In this document: positions 9,517 to 20,276 of the stretch, in pieces | How positions within the stretch are numbered: the first letter of the stretch is position 1 | Layout of the letters: every line of letters starts with the position of its first letter | Source: Alphaproteobacteria bacterium | Lineage (GTDB): Bacteria > Pseudomonadota > Alphaproteobacteria > Methylaequorales > Methylaequoraceae | Length of the DNA stretch: 64,000 bases | Assembly: GCA_045563025.1 (NCBI GenBank) | Contig: JBJKUS010000008.1 | Location: 205,554-269,553 of the forward strand | Reading direction: 5' to 3' | Made by a program: the position numbers and the translations under genes | The notes under the pieces: model-generated | The model's input: only the letters and a program-made list of their open reading frames with translations | What the model was told of the DNA's origin: nothing | Database searches by the model: none

Positions 9517-11077
9517 GTAATTGTTTTGTATAGCTATCTCTTGGTTTTGAGAAAATTTTTATTTTATCGTCAAACTCTACTATTTTTCCAGACCTCATCA
9601 CCATTATTTTGTCAGATAAAGCCTTTACAATTTTTAGATCGTGACTAATGAATATATAAGTCAATTTTTTTTCCTTCTGAAGATTTAAAAGTAAGTCAAC
9701 AATTTGAGATTGAACAGTCATATCAAGTGCACTTGTGGGTTCATCAAGAATTATTAATTCTGGATTTAAAATGAGAGCCCTAGCTATAGCAATTCGTTGT
9801 CGTTGACCACCCGAAAACTCATGAGGGTATCTTGAAAGCATTGAAGGATCAAGGCCTACATCTACAATGATTTTTTTTGTTAGATCAACCATTTCTTTTT
9901 TAGACTTTTCCTTGTAATGTACTTCAAGCCCCTCACTTATTATATCTTGTATAGTTAACCTTGGACTTAAAGAAGCAAACGGATCCTGAAATATAATTTG
10001 AATATTTTTTCTGTAAGATCGAAAATCTTTTTCACTAAGACTCGAAATGTCTTTTTTTTTAAAAAAGAAATGTCCTTCGGAAGATATGAGTTTAATCAAG
10101 GCTTGCGCAACAGAACTCTTCCCAGAACCACTTTCACCAACAATTCCTAGAGTTTCACCTTGTGCAATGTCAAAACTAAGATTTTTAACAGCTTGAAAAT
10201 CATTATTTTTATTAGAAAAGAAAAAACTACTTTTATTTTTGTAGTAAACGTTAAGGTTTTTTACAGATAAAATAACTTCATTTTTTTTTTTAATAATTTT
10301 TTTTTCGGCTGGTTTTGAGTTAATAAGCTTTTTAGTATAATGATGTTTTGGTTGACTGAATACTTTTGAGGTTTGATTTTGTTCAACAATTTTCCCTTTT
10401 TCCATTACACAAACTCTATCAGAAATTTGTTTCACAATGCCTAAGTCATGAGTTATTAGTAGAAGAGACATTTTGTATTTTTTCCTTAATTTGTCCAAGA
10501 GGTCTAGTATTTGTTTTTGAATTGTAACGTCAAGTGCCGTTGTTGGCTCATCAGCAATTAACAAGTCAGGGTTATTAGCTATTGCCATCGCAATCATTAC
10601 TCTTTGTTTTTGTCCTCCAGATAATTGATGTGGGTAGTGAGACAATCTAAGCTCTGGGTTTTCAATTCCTACTTCATTAAGCAAATCTATACATTTTGAC
10701 TTATCTGATTTATATTTTTTTTCAAAACATTCTGAAATCTGTTTTTGTATATTGTGAAGAGGATTTAGAGACGTCATTGGTTCCTGAAAAATCATTGAGA
10801 TTTTTTTTCCTCTAATGCTCTGTAAAGTAGATTCATCTAAATTTAATAAATTTTTCTTATCGTAAATCGCATTTCCTGTTATTTTTAGTTGTGAATTAGA
10901 TCTTATTAATTTCATAATGGCTAACGCCGTTACAGTTTTTCCAGAACCACTTTCACCAACAATTGCAAGGCACTCTCCTTGATTGATTTTGAAACTACTA
11001 TTTGTAACAGCATTTACTGTTTGTTCATTAAATTCAAAAGTTATTTTTAGGTCTTTAACCTCAAGTAAAGTTTTCAT
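9497..11077 (-). CDS. yejF: ABC transporter ATP-binding protein with duplicated ATPase domains (YejF/microcin-peptide importer type)
   Basis: Two Walker A motifs (GESGSGKT and GESGSGKS) and two LSGGQ signatures in one 526 aa polypeptide. It sits downstream of yejABE on the same strand. Confidence 0.85.
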   Translation of the reverse strand: MKTLLEVKDLKITFEFNEQTVNAVTNSSFKINQGECLAIVGESGSGKTVTALAIMKLIRSNSQLKITGNAIYDKKNLLNLDESTLQSIRGKKISMIFQEPMTSLNPLHNIQKQISECFEKKYKSDKSKCIDLLNEVGIENPELRLSHYPHQLSGGQKQRVMIAMAIANNPDLLIADEPTTALDVTIQKQILDLLDKLRKKYKMSLLLITHDLGIVKQISDRVCVMEKGKIVEQNQTSKVFSQPKHHYTKKLINSKPAEKKIIKKKNEVILSVKNLNVYYKNKSSFFFSNKNNDFQAVKNLSFDIAQGETLGIVGESGSGKSSVAQALIKLISSEGHFFFKKKDISSLSEKDFRSYRKNIQIIFQDPFASLSPRLTIQDIISEGLEVHYKEKSKKEMVDLTKKIIVDVGLDPSMLSRYPHEFSGGQRQRIAIARALILNPELIILDEPTSALDMTVQSQIVDLLLNLQKEKKLTYIFISHDLKIVKALSDKIMVMRSGKIVEFDDKIKIFSKPRDSYTKQLLNSAYL

Positions 11078-12100
11078 TTAAATTACCTTTCTCGGATCAA
11101 ATGCATCTCTTACGGCTTCACCAATAAAAACTAACAAACTAAGTTGTAAAGACAATGTGATGAATGCAGAAAGACCAAGCCAAGGTGCTTGTAAATTAGC
11201 CTTTCCTTGAGCAACCATTTCCCCTAGTGATGGAGACCCAGGTGGCAAACCAAAACCTAAAAAATCTAATGATGTTAATGTGGCTATTGAACCTGAAAGA
11301 ATAAAAGGCATTAGTGTTAATGTCGCAACCATTGCATTTGGAAGCACATGCTTAAACATTAGCTTTGTATTTTTTACTCCAAGTGCTTTAGCGGCTTTAA
11401 CATATTCAAAGTTTCTAGCTCTCAAAAATTCAGCTCTTACTACTCCCTCAAGAGACATCCAGCTAAACAAAAGCATAATGAATAAAAGAATCCAAAAACT
11501 TGGCTCTACAAAACTAGAGATAATTATTAGCAAATATAAAACTGGTAAACCTGACCAAATTTCTATGAATCGCTGACCAAATAAATCAAGTTTTCCTCCA
11601 TAGAAACCTTGTATGCCTCCTATAAAAATACCAATAATACTTGACAGAATTGTAAGTGTTAGACCGAAAAAAACAGAAATTCTGAAACCATAAATTAGTC
11701 TTGCTAATACATCCCTTCCTTGATCATCCGTTCCAAGTAAATTTTCAAAAGTTGGAGGAGAAGGAGAAGGAACTTTCAAATCATAATTTATAGTATCATA
11801 AGAATATTCAATTAAAGGCATAACAAAAAAACCCTTTTGTGTTATTAAGTCTTTTACGAAAGGGTCTTTGTAATCAGCTTCAGTTTCAAATTCACCGCCA
11901 TAATATGTTTCAGAAATTTTTTCAAAAACTGGGAAATGTATTTGACCATTGAAAACTACAATTATGGGTTTATCATTGGCAATGAATTCAGCAAAAACAG
12001 AAATTAAAAATAAAACAGAAAACACAAGAGCTGCATAATAACCTCTTTTATTTGCTCTGAAGTTTTTCAGTCTTCTCATTGTTAACGGGGAAACATTCAC
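11078..12100 (-). CDS. yejE: Peptide ABC transporter permease YejE
   Basis: Family-5-associated BPD permease with an EAA-like loop (…AKALGVKNTKLMFKHVLPNA…). Contiguous with yejB and yejF. Confidence 0.8.
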   Translation of the reverse strand: MNVSPLTMRRLKNFRANKRGYYAALVFSVLFLISVFAEFIANDKPIIVVFNGQIHFPVFEKISETYYGGEFETEADYKDPFVKDLITQKGFFVMPLIEYSYDTINYDLKVPSPSPPTFENLLGTDDQGRDVLARLIYGFRISVFFGLTLTILSSIIGIFIGGIQGFYGGKLDLFGQRFIEIWSGLPVLYLLIIISSFVEPSFWILLFIMLLFSWMSLEGVVRAEFLRARNFEYVKAAKALGVKNTKLMFKHVLPNAMVATLTLMPFILSGSIATLTSLDFLGFGLPPGSPSLGEMVAQGKANLQAPWLGLSAFITLSLQLSLLVFIGEAVRDAFDPRKVI

Positions 12101-13206
12101 TAATTTCCTCTACTTTCAAAATCGATCCTAGGATCAATTAAAACATATGTTAAGTCACTGACTAGTCTAAGTAGAAGGCCAATTAGGGTAAAAATGTATA
12201 AACTTCCAAATACAACAGGGTAATCTCTCCCTAATGCTGCCTCAAACCCAAGAAGCCCCAGACCATCCAATGAAAAAATTACTTCAATAAGTAGTGAGGA
12301 TGTAAAAAGAATATTTATGAAAGCTGCTGGAAAGCCTGAAATAACTATAAGCATCGCATTTCTAAACACATGTCCATAGAGCACTTTTTGCTCACTTACT
12401 CCTTTGGCTCTTGCCGTTAAAACATATTGTTTATTAATTTCATCCAGGAAAGAATTTTTTGTTAACATAGTCAGGCTTGCGAATCCTCCGATTACCATCG
12501 CTAGAACTGGGAGTGCCAAATGCCAAAAATAATCAAGAATTTTACCCATAAAAGATAGTTCTTCCCAATTATCAGAAACGAGCCCTCTGAGAGGGAAAAT
12601 ATCCAGGTAACTTCCTCCAGCAAAAATAACTATAAGGAAAATTGCAAACAAAAACCCTGGTATTGCATAACCAACAATAATTAAAGATGAAGAATATATG
12701 TCAAACTTTGACCCATCTCTTACAGCTTTTTTTATTCCTAACGGTATTGAAATCAAATAAACAAACAAAGTTGTCCATAGACCTAAAGAAATTGAGACAG
12801 GTAATTTTTCTAAAATTAATGATATAACACTTTTATCTTTATAAAAGCTTTCACCAAAATCGAAGATTAAGTAGTTCTTGAGCATTTCAAAAAATCTCTC
12901 TAAAGGAGGTTTATCAAAACCGTATTGCTTCTCTAATTCTTTTATTAAGTCAGGATCTATTCCTTGGGAGCCCCTATATTTGCTTTCTTGAGTGTTAAGG
13001 TTTTTTTGGGATTGATTACTTGAAAGTTGTTCCCCACCAGATGAGGTAAATCTCTCTGTTACAGATACATCGGTTCCTTTAATTTGAGCAATAGCTTTTT
13101 CAACAGGCCCACCAGGTGCAGCTTGAATAATTAGGAAATTTACAGCTAGAATTCCAAATAGAGTGGGTATTATTAGAAAAAGTCTTTTTATAATATAATT
13201 TAACAT
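12100..13206 (-). CDS. yejB: Peptide ABC transporter permease YejB
   Basis: DppB/OppB-like permease. N-terminus [34 protein letters not shown]. The motif …[20 protein letters not shown]… is present. Confidence 0.8.
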   Translation of the reverse strand: MLNYIIKRLFLIIPTLFGILAVNFLIIQAAPGGPVEKAIAQIKGTDVSVTERFTSSGGEQLSSNQSQKNLNTQESKYRGSQGIDPDLIKELEKQYGFDKPPLERFFEMLKNYLIFDFGESFYKDKSVISLILEKLPVSISLGLWTTLFVYLISIPLGIKKAVRDGSKFDIYSSSLIIVGYAIPGFLFAIFLIVIFAGGSYLDIFPLRGLVSDNWEELSFMGKILDYFWHLALPVLAMVIGGFASLTMLTKNSFLDEINKQYVLTARAKGVSEQKVLYGHVFRNAMLIVISGFPAAFINILFTSSLLIEVIFSLDGLGLLGFEAALGRDYPVVFGSLYIFTLIGLLLRLVSDLTYVLIDPRIDFESRGN

Positions 13207-15143
13207 TAGTTAGTTTTTCTTTTCATCTTCCATAAAACAAATAATAAGAAGATTAATAGCAAATAATAAATTGAGTTGTCTTTATTATTTTTTTTATCGC
13301 TTGAGGAAGAAGAAATTTCACTCATATTTTTAGCTTTTTTTTGATCGAACCACCAAAAATCAAATCCTAAATCATATTTTGGAGAAATCTCAGGCCTAGA
13401 AATTTTATTCCAATAAGCTACCCTATAATGTCCAATATGGAACTGAGGAATGAGATAATAATTAAATAATAATATTCTATCTAAAACTTTAGTATAAGTT
13501 ACAAGTTCTTTTCTGGACTTTGCACTAATTAGCCCGTCAATAATTTCATCCACTACTGGGTTCTTTACCCCTATATAATTCGGACTAGCTTTTTGGTCTG
13601 CCGCAGCGGAACCCCAATAATTTTTTTGTTCATTACCTGGAGAAATTATTGAACCATAATTTACAACAATCATATCATAATCATAATCCTCTAATCTCCG
13701 TATGTATTGAGAATCATCCTGAACTGTCCTGATTGAAACAATAATACCTAATTTTTTTAAATTCCTTTTCATAGGCAATACAATTCTTTCAAAAAGGGGG
13801 GATCTCAGTAAGATTTCAAATTCAAAGATTTCACCTGTGCTTTTATTTGTTAACACATCATCTTTTATTATCCATCCTTCTTTCTTAAGAAGTCTTCTTG
13901 CAACTCTGAGGTTTTTTCTTAAACCATTTTCTTCATCTGTATTGGGTGGGGAAAAAATTGTTGTAAAAACTTCATCAGGAATCTTACCTCTATAATTTTC
14001 AAGAATCAGTAATTCTTCTTTGCTGGGTAGATTCTGAGATGCAAGTTCAGAGTTATCAAAAAAACTTTTTGTTCTGGTGTACGCATTATAAAAAAGATTT
14101 CTGTTGGACCATTCAAAATCAAATGCATAAGTTAAGGCTTTCCTAACATTTCTATTTTTAAAAATTGATTTCCTCATATTGAAAGCAAATCCTTGCATAC
14201 CGCTAGGTCTGTAATATTTGATTTCTTCAATTTTTACTTTACCTTCTTTAACGGCTGCAAAATTATATGCAGTTGCCCAATTTTTTGAAGAGTTCTCTTG
14301 TTTAAAATCATAGGCTCCTGATTTAAACGCTTCCAGTGCAACAGTTTCATCTCTGTAATAATCGTAGTGTATGGTATCAAAATTATACCTTCCAATATTT
14401 ACATTTAAATTCTTCCCCCAGTAATTCTGATTTTTTTTTAAAGTGATACTTCTCCCTGCTTTTACATCTGAAATCAAATATGGCCCACTTCCTAAAGGGG
14501 GTGTTAGAGTGGTTTTACTAAAGTCTTTACCGTCCCAATCTTTTTTAGAAAATATTGGTAATTGGTAACCAATTATAAGGGGTAGCTCAGGGTTAGGCTC
14601 TCCTTTAAAAAAAAATTTTACCTCATCTTCACTTATTTTCTCTACCTTTTCTACTTGACCCCAGTAAGTCTTATAGCTTGGATGACCTTTTGAAATTATT
14701 GTTTCAAAAGAAAACTTTACATCTTCAGGTCTGATAATTGTCCCATCAGAAAATCTTGCTTCTTTTCTTATCTTAAACGAAACCCATGATCTGTCAGTTG
14801 GCACTTTAACTCCCTCTGCAATTAAACCATACTGACTGAACGGTTCATCAAACGACGATTTCATTAATGTTTCAAAAAGATATGCTGACTGGTAGGCTGG
14901 TACCCCCTTTAATATATATGGGTTAAGGTTGTCGAAAGTTCCTATTGAGAATCTATTAATCTTTCCTCCTTTGAAGGCATTTTCATCTGCATAATCAAAT
15001 TTCTCAAAGTTTTTTGGGTACTTTAGATCCCCATGCATAGCAATCCCATGCTGATATCCAGGACTAATATCTTCAGAAATTAAGTTTTTAAAGGGAGCAA
15101 GAGATAGAAGGATAAGAAAACTAAAAAAACTAAAAATATTCAT
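13206..15143 (-). CDS. yejA: Family-5 extracellular solute-binding protein YejA with an unusual C-terminal hydrophobic anchor
   Basis: Signal peptide plus the SBP_bac_5 fold. The C-terminus …[12 protein letters not shown]- is followed by the S/K-rich linker [17 protein letters not shown], the hydrophobic helix [14 protein letters not shown] and then KMKRKTN. The stop overlaps the yejB start (TAATG). Confidence 0.8.
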   Translation of the reverse strand: MNIFSFFSFLILLSLAPFKNLISEDISPGYQHGIAMHGDLKYPKNFEKFDYADENAFKGGKINRFSIGTFDNLNPYILKGVPAYQSAYLFETLMKSSFDEPFSQYGLIAEGVKVPTDRSWVSFKIRKEARFSDGTIIRPEDVKFSFETIISKGHPSYKTYWGQVEKVEKISEDEVKFFFKGEPNPELPLIIGYQLPIFSKKDWDGKDFSKTTLTPPLGSGPYLISDVKAGRSITLKKNQNYWGKNLNVNIGRYNFDTIHYDYYRDETVALEAFKSGAYDFKQENSSKNWATAYNFAAVKEGKVKIEEIKYYRPSGMQGFAFNMRKSIFKNRNVRKALTYAFDFEWSNRNLFYNAYTRTKSFFDNSELASQNLPSKEELLILENYRGKIPDEVFTTIFSPPNTDEENGLRKNLRVARRLLKKEGWIIKDDVLTNKSTGEIFEFEILLRSPLFERIVLPMKRNLKKLGIIVSIRTVQDDSQYIRRLEDYDYDMIVVNYGSIISPGNEQKNYWGSAAADQKASPNYIGVKNPVVDEIIDGLISAKSRKELVTYTKVLDRILLFNYYLIPQFHIGHYRVAYWNKISRPEISPKYDLGFDFWWFDQKKAKNMSEISSSSSDKKNNKDNSIYYLLLIFLLFVLWKMKRKTN

Positions 15144-15145
15144 AG

Positions 15146-15928
15146 CTATAAATTCTTTATTAATCTCATTATTTCTTTATGGTGATTTAACGAGCTTGAT
15201 GCAATAATTTTTCCATCTGATTTAACATTCAACTTATCTCCTTTCCAATCTGTCATTGTCCCTCCATATTCTTCTAACAATGCAGCTTGAGCCATATAAT
15301 CCCAGGGCTTCATATTTGATTCAATAATAAGGTCAATTTTCCCCGAAAGTAAAAGTCCATATGCATAACAATCTGTTCCAAAAATCGGGAATCTAACTTT
15401 TTCGTAAATTTCTGTAATTTTATTTCTGGTTTTTTTATTAAACATCAATAATGATGTCGATGCCATTATCAGATCATTGAATTTTTTTTTATTTTCAGGT
15501 TTGATACAAACCTGATTATTTAATTTAACACCTAACTTTTTTCCACCAAACCACCTTTGATTTAATATGGGAATGTCAATTAATCCAATAATGGGTTTTA
15601 AATTTTTAGTACAGCTAATTAGAGTGCCAAATAATGGCTTTCCTGCAATAAAACTATGTGTTCCATCTAATGGGTCTATTATCCAAACAAACTCATTGTT
15701 TTCTTTTTCACTTCCAAACTCTTCACCAATAACTCCATGCTGTGGAAATTTTTTTTTTAGCTTTTCCCTAAATCTTTCTTCTATTTCTTTATCAATATTT
15801 GTTACTAATGAACCATCATCTTTTTCTTCTACACTGAATTTTTTAAAGTAATTATTTTTAAGAATTTTCTTACTTTGATTTGCAAATTCAAATGCAAACT
15901 TTAGAAGATCGCTATGAATTAATTTCAT
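15146..15928 (-). CDS. Inositol-monophosphatase-family phosphatase (possibly histidinol-phosphatase HisN)
   Basis: The metal-binding motifs WIIDPLDGTHSF and …DPLDGT… of the IMPase/FIG superfamily are present. Confidence 0.65.
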   Translation of the reverse strand: MKLIHSDLLKFAFEFANQSKKILKNNYFKKFSVEEKDDGSLVTNIDKEIEERFREKLKKKFPQHGVIGEEFGSEKENNEFVWIIDPLDGTHSFIAGKPLFGTLISCTKNLKPIIGLIDIPILNQRWFGGKKLGVKLNNQVCIKPENKKKFNDLIMASTSLLMFNKKTRNKITEIYEKVRFPIFGTDCYAYGLLLSGKIDLIIESNMKPWDYMAQAALLEEYGGTMTDWKGDKLNVKSDGKIIASSSLNHHKEIMRLIKNL

Positions 15929-16431
15929 TAATTTAAAGATTTTAAATATGAAATTAAGTCAACTCTATCAGATTCTTTTTTTAGTCCTTTATAAATCATT
16001 TTTGTTCCTTTTATATATTCTTTTGGATTTTCAAAGAAATAAAACAATTCTTCTGTTGACCAAGCTTTTTCATAAGCCATCAGGGCTTTTGAATATTTAA
16101 AATCAGAAATACTTGCCGACTTTCTTCCTACAACCCCCCAAAGAGGTGGGCCGACCTTTATTTTTAGTGAACTATCAACACTATGACAAGCTGTACATTG
16201 TTTAGCTATTTTTTTACCATTTTCAAGACTTGCATTTTGAAATAATTGATCAAAATTTAATTCTTTTTTCTCGACCACAGTTTCTTCCTCAATAACAACT
16301 TCTTCAATATCTGATTCAATTATCACATAACTTCTCTTATCAGATTTTGGCTTATGAAAAATCTCGTCAGCAACCTTAAAAGATTGAAAAACAATTAAGA
16401 TGGACATTAGTGACAGAAAATATTTATTCAT
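15928..16431 (-). CDS. Membrane-anchored class I c-type cytochrome (cytochrome c2/c552-like)
   Basis: N-terminal hydrophobic anchor, a single CTACH heme-binding site and a downstream Met ligand region. Confidence 0.7.
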   Translation of the reverse strand: MNKYFLSLMSILIVFQSFKVADEIFHKPKSDKRSYVIIESDIEEVVIEEETVVEKKELNFDQLFQNASLENGKKIAKQCTACHSVDSSLKIKVGPPLWGVVGRKSASISDFKYSKALMAYEKAWSTEELFYFFENPKEYIKGTKMIYKGLKKESDRVDLISYLKSLN

Positions 16432-16480
16432 AATTAATTATAATTTATTAGTATTTACTATACTAATATAAAATACAATT

Positions 16481-17230
16481 ATGCTGATCAATAAAAATTT
16501 AAAAAAATCAAAACTTATTATTATTATACCAGCAAGACTTGAGTCAAAAAGGTTAAGAAGAAAACTCCTAAGAATGATTCAGGGTATTCCAATGATTATA
16601 AGAGTAGCTAAAGCAGCAAAAAAAACAGGTTTGGGTGAAGTTTGCGTGGCAACAGACAGTGATAAGATTTCAAAACTCTGTATAAAAAATAAAATTAATT
16701 TTGTTATGACTGATACAAAAATTAAAAGTGGAACTGATAGAATTCAAAAGGCCTATGAAGATTTGGGAAAGGATTTTGACTTCATAGTTAATTTACAAGG
16801 AGATCTTCCACTTTTCAAAAAAGATCTGATTAAAAAAACTATGGATCTTTTTATGGACAAAAAAACTGATATTGCCACAGCTGTTTGTGACTTAGACAAG
16901 AATGAGTTAGACGACAAAAATATCGTTAAAGCCAATGTAAATCTTGGATTAGATGGAACTGGTTATGCCAGAGATTTTCTTAGACTTATCAAAAATGAAG
17001 AAAGTTATTATCACCATATTGGTTTATATATTTATACGCCTAAATCATTAAAAAAATTTGTTGAGCTTAAACAAACTAAAAACGAAATAAATAGAAGTCT
17101 TGAGCAGATGAGGGCATTAGATAATCAAATGAAAATTAAAGTTGTGAAACTTGCAAATAATCCACCCAGTGTAGATACGTTAGAAGATTTAAGAAAAATT
17201 CGATTGCTTTTTAAAAAAAATAAATCTTAA
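16481..17230 (+). CDS. kdsB: 3-deoxy-manno-octulosonate cytidylyltransferase
   Basis: N-terminus IIIPARLESKRLRRKLL plus the overall KdsB pattern. Confidence 0.8.
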   Translation: MLINKNLKKSKLIIIIPARLESKRLRRKLLRMIQGIPMIIRVAKAAKKTGLGEVCVATDSDKISKLCIKNKINFVMTDTKIKSGTDRIQKAYEDLGKDFDFIVNLQGDLPLFKKDLIKKTMDLFMDKKTDIATAVCDLDKNELDDKNIVKANVNLGLDGTGYARDFLRLIKNEESYYHHIGLYIYTPKSLKKFVELKQTKNEINRSLEQMRALDNQMKIKVVKLANNPPSVDTLEDLRKIRLLFKKNKS

Positions 17231-17241
17231 CTAATCCAGTA

Positions 17242-18075
17242 ATGAGAAAAAAATTCATATCTTTTCAGGGTCTAGAGGGAGCGTACTCAGATTTAGTTTG
17301 TAGAAAATATTACAAAGGATATGAGACCATTCCTTGCTATTCTTTTGAACAAGCTATAAATACTGTAGAAAGAAGAAAGGCGGAGATAGCCTTGATTCCA
17401 GTAGAAAATAACATTGCAGGCAGAGTTGCAGATATGCATTTTCTATTAGAAAATATCAATTTAAAGGTAATTGCTGAGCATTATCATAAAATTGAACATC
17501 ATTTGATGACTAAAAGAAATCTTAAATTAACAGATGTAAAAAAAGTCTTTAGTCATATTCACGCTTTAGGTCAATGCAAGAATAATATAAGAAAACTAAA
17601 ACTACAGGCTAACAATTTTATTGATACAGCAGGAGCAGCAAAGTTTGTTTCAGAAAGTAGTGATAACAATGTTGCAGCAATTGCATCAAAGTTAGCATCA
17701 GAAATTTATGATCTTAAAATTATTAAAAATAATTTTCAGGACTCAAAAAACAATATTACACGATTTCTTGTTTTTTCGAGAAAAAGTAAAAGAATAAGCA
17801 CAAAAAAAAAAGTAATAACCTCTGTAGTCTTTAACACAAAAAACTTACCAGCATCATTATATAAAGCCTTGGGTGGTTTCGCATCAAATTCAATTAACTT
17901 GACGAGGTTAGAAAGTTTTTTTGTAAATAAAGATTTTAAGCAATTTTCATTCTTAATAGATGTAGAATCTCACCCAGATAGTCCGACATTCAAGAAAGCC
18001 TTAGAGGTTCTTAATGATTATTCCACGAAAGTTAGAATTTTAGGGTATTTTGAGGCATCAGATTTTAGAGTTTAA
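17242..18075 (+). CDS. pheA: Prephenate dehydratase
   Basis: PDT domain (ISFQGLEGAYSDL…) plus a C-terminal ACT domain containing an ESHPDSP (ESRP-like) motif. Confidence 0.8.
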   Translation: MRKKFISFQGLEGAYSDLVCRKYYKGYETIPCYSFEQAINTVERRKAEIALIPVENNIAGRVADMHFLLENINLKVIAEHYHKIEHHLMTKRNLKLTDVKKVFSHIHALGQCKNNIRKLKLQANNFIDTAGAAKFVSESSDNNVAAIASKLASEIYDLKIIKNNFQDSKNNITRFLVFSRKSKRISTKKKVITSVVFNTKNLPASLYKALGGFASNSINLTRLESFFVNKDFKQFSFLIDVESHPDSPTFKKALEVLNDYSTKVRILGYFEASDFRV

Positions 18076-18128
18076 GTGAATATTTATAAGTTATTTTAAA
18101 ATAAAATTTTAAATGTTATTTTATTTAC

Positions 18129-18221
18129 GGGAGTTGAGTTTGGACGATAATATCGCCAATCCGGTCAGAACTGAGAAGTAGCAGCCGTAACGATTGTTGT
18201 TGGGTCAATCCTCAGCTCCTT
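18129..18221 (+). ncRNA. ffs: Signal recognition particle RNA (4.5S-type SRP RNA)
   Basis: The terminal helix GGAGUUGAG…CUCAGCUCC closes a hairpin. It contains the conserved domain-IV core GGUCAG…GAGA(GNRA)…AGCAGCC (compare E. coli GGUCAGGUCCGGAAGGAAGCAGCC). It lies directly 5′ of dnaX, the canonical ffs-dnaX linkage. Confidence 0.75.
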
Positions 18222-19946
18222 ATGAGGAGAATTGTGACGGACGAAAATTATATTGTATTAGCTAGAAAATATAGACCCAAAAAATTTTCTGATATTATAG
18301 GTCAGAATGAAGTATGTTCAGTAATAGAGGGGGCAATAAAGCTTAAAAGAGTTGCGCATGCCTTTCTGTTTTCCGGGACTAGAGGAGTGGGAAAAACTAC
18401 CATAGCTCGTATTTTGGCAAAAACACTCAACTGTGAGTCTTTAGATGGTAATACTCTAAACCCTTGCGAAAAATGCTCCAATTGCATTTCAATCCAAAAA
18501 GAAAGCAATATTGATGTAATTGAAATTGATGCTGCAAGCAGAACTGGTGTCGCCGATGTAAGAGAAATAATTGAAAATATTAATTACAAACCGGTTAATG
18601 CAAAAAAGAAAGTTTTTATAATTGATGAAGTTCATATGCTATCAAAAGCAGCCTTTAATGCATTATTAAAAACGTTAGAGGAACCTCCCTTAGATGTAGT
18701 ATTTATTTTTGCAACAACCGAAACAGAAAAAGTTCCAATAACGATTTTATCAAGATGCCAAAAATTCGTTTTAAGAAGAGTTGATTTTAATAAAATTTCT
18801 GAACATTTAGTAAATATTTCAGAAAAAGAAGGATTTACTTTAGATTTAGAATCAGCAAATCTTATATCAGTTTGTTCTGAGGGTTCACTGCGAGATGCGT
18901 TATCTATTTTGGAAAATGTCTTGGCAAAGAATAAACCAATCGATATTGATTTAGTCAGACAAACAATTGGGCTTAGTGATCATTCTCAATGCTTAGACTT
19001 GTTTGAATTTATATTTAAGGGAAAAGTAGTAGAGGCAATGAATAAATTCCAATCCTTATATGAAAATGGTATATCAACAGATGAACTGGCAAAGTTATTG
19101 ATGACTTATTCTTATAACTTGGCAACGTTAAAATCCGGTGTAAAAAATAGTAATGACTTTCTAGACTCTAAAACAAATGAAAGATTAAAAAAAATATCAG
19201 AAATATATGAGATGGATTTCATTACTAGATTCTGGGAACTAATGCAAAGATATTTGAATGAACTTTCTGATACATTTGATGAAAAACAATGTTTTGAAAT
19301 GACAATAATAAGGATATGTTATGTATCACTTATTCCTACTCCATTCGAAGTTTTAAAAAAAACATCAACTGTAAAAACAGAGGTTTCTATTGATGAAAAG
19401 AAAAAAAATGATTTTAAAGATAATGAAAATACTGATAGAGCCCAAACTAATCATCATAGGTCGTCGAATGATAATCTAGCGTTAAAAAAAAAAATTGTTG
19501 AACCTAATTTATCATCAAATGATCATACAAATGATCTTGAAAAATTCTCAAATATAGTTCAGCTTATTGAGGATAATTCTGAAATGTTAATAGCTTATCA
19601 TCTGCGTCACTCATTTAGACTTGTAAGTTTTACAGAGTTTATCGGAGATAAGCCGGTCTCTAATGTCGAATTAGAGAGTGTTTCAGCTAATGAGGAGTCA
19701 AAAAATATTCTTTGGAAAGCATCAAAATTATTAACAAATTTAACAAAAAAAAGATGGGTCTTATCCATAACCAATAAAAAAGGTTTACAATCTTTGGCAG
19801 AGTTCTCAGAATCAAAATATAAGGATCGAATTAATGAGATTAAAAAAGAACAAACCATAAAAAAAATTCTTGATATTATTCCGCATTCTGAAGTAGTTTC
19901 AATAGAGAAAATTGTAAAAGAAAATAAAGAAACAAAGGATGGTTAA
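18222..19946 (+). CDS. dnaX: DNA polymerase III subunit gamma/tau
   Basis: ARKYRPKKF, Walker A GTRGVGKTT and the Zn-module CEKCSNC. The true start may be the GTG at ~18234, because the ATG at 18222 overlaps the SRP RNA 3′ helix. Confidence 0.85.
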   Translation: MRRIVTDENYIVLARKYRPKKFSDIIGQNEVCSVIEGAIKLKRVAHAFLFSGTRGVGKTTIARILAKTLNCESLDGNTLNPCEKCSNCISIQKESNIDVIEIDAASRTGVADVREIIENINYKPVNAKKKVFIIDEVHMLSKAAFNALLKTLEEPPLDVVFIFATTETEKVPITILSRCQKFVLRRVDFNKISEHLVNISEKEGFTLDLESANLISVCSEGSLRDALSILENVLAKNKPIDIDLVRQTIGLSDHSQCLDLFEFIFKGKVVEAMNKFQSLYENGISTDELAKLLMTYSYNLATLKSGVKNSNDFLDSKTNERLKKISEIYEMDFITRFWELMQRYLNELSDTFDEKQCFEMTIIRICYVSLIPTPFEVLKKTSTVKTEVSIDEKKKNDFKDNENTDRAQTNHHRSSNDNLALKKKIVEPNLSSNDHTNDLEKFSNIVQLIEDNSEMLIAYHLRHSFRLVSFTEFIGDKPVSNVELESVSANEESKNILWKASKLLTNLTKKRWVLSITNKKGLQSLAEFSESKYKDRINEIKKEQTIKKILDIIPHSEVVSIEKIVKENKETKDG

Positions 19947-20270
19947 ATGACAAATATTTCACAGATAATGAAGCAAGCAAAAGCGATGCAAGAAAAAATG
20001 GCAGAAGTTCAAAAAAAAGTAGAGGAAACTGAAGTCGAAGGTTCATCTGGTGGAGGGGCAGTAAAGATAACTATTAATGGAAAACATATTGTGAAAAAAG
20101 TATCAATTGATCCTAAATTAGTTGATAAAGAGGAGATAGAAGTTTTAGAGGATTTGATAGTTGCTGCTTTTAATGATGGGACAAAAAAAATTTCAGAAAA
20201 TATGAGTAATCAGTTAGGTTCAATTTCTGGTGGTATGGGTCTTCCTCCAGGAATGAAACTTCCTTTTTGA
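19947..20270 (+). CDS. ybaB: Nucleoid-associated protein YbaB/EbfC
   Basis: 107 aa. MQEKMAEVQKKVEETEVEGSSGGGAVKITINGKH…PPGMKLPF matches the YbaB family. It sits in the canonical dnaX-ybaB-recR synteny. Confidence 0.85.
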   Translation: MTNISQIMKQAKAMQEKMAEVQKKVEETEVEGSSGGGAVKITINGKHIVKKVSIDPKLVDKEEIEVLEDLIVAAFNDGTKKISENMSNQLGSISGGMGLPPGMKLPF

Positions 20271-20276
20271 TAAAAG

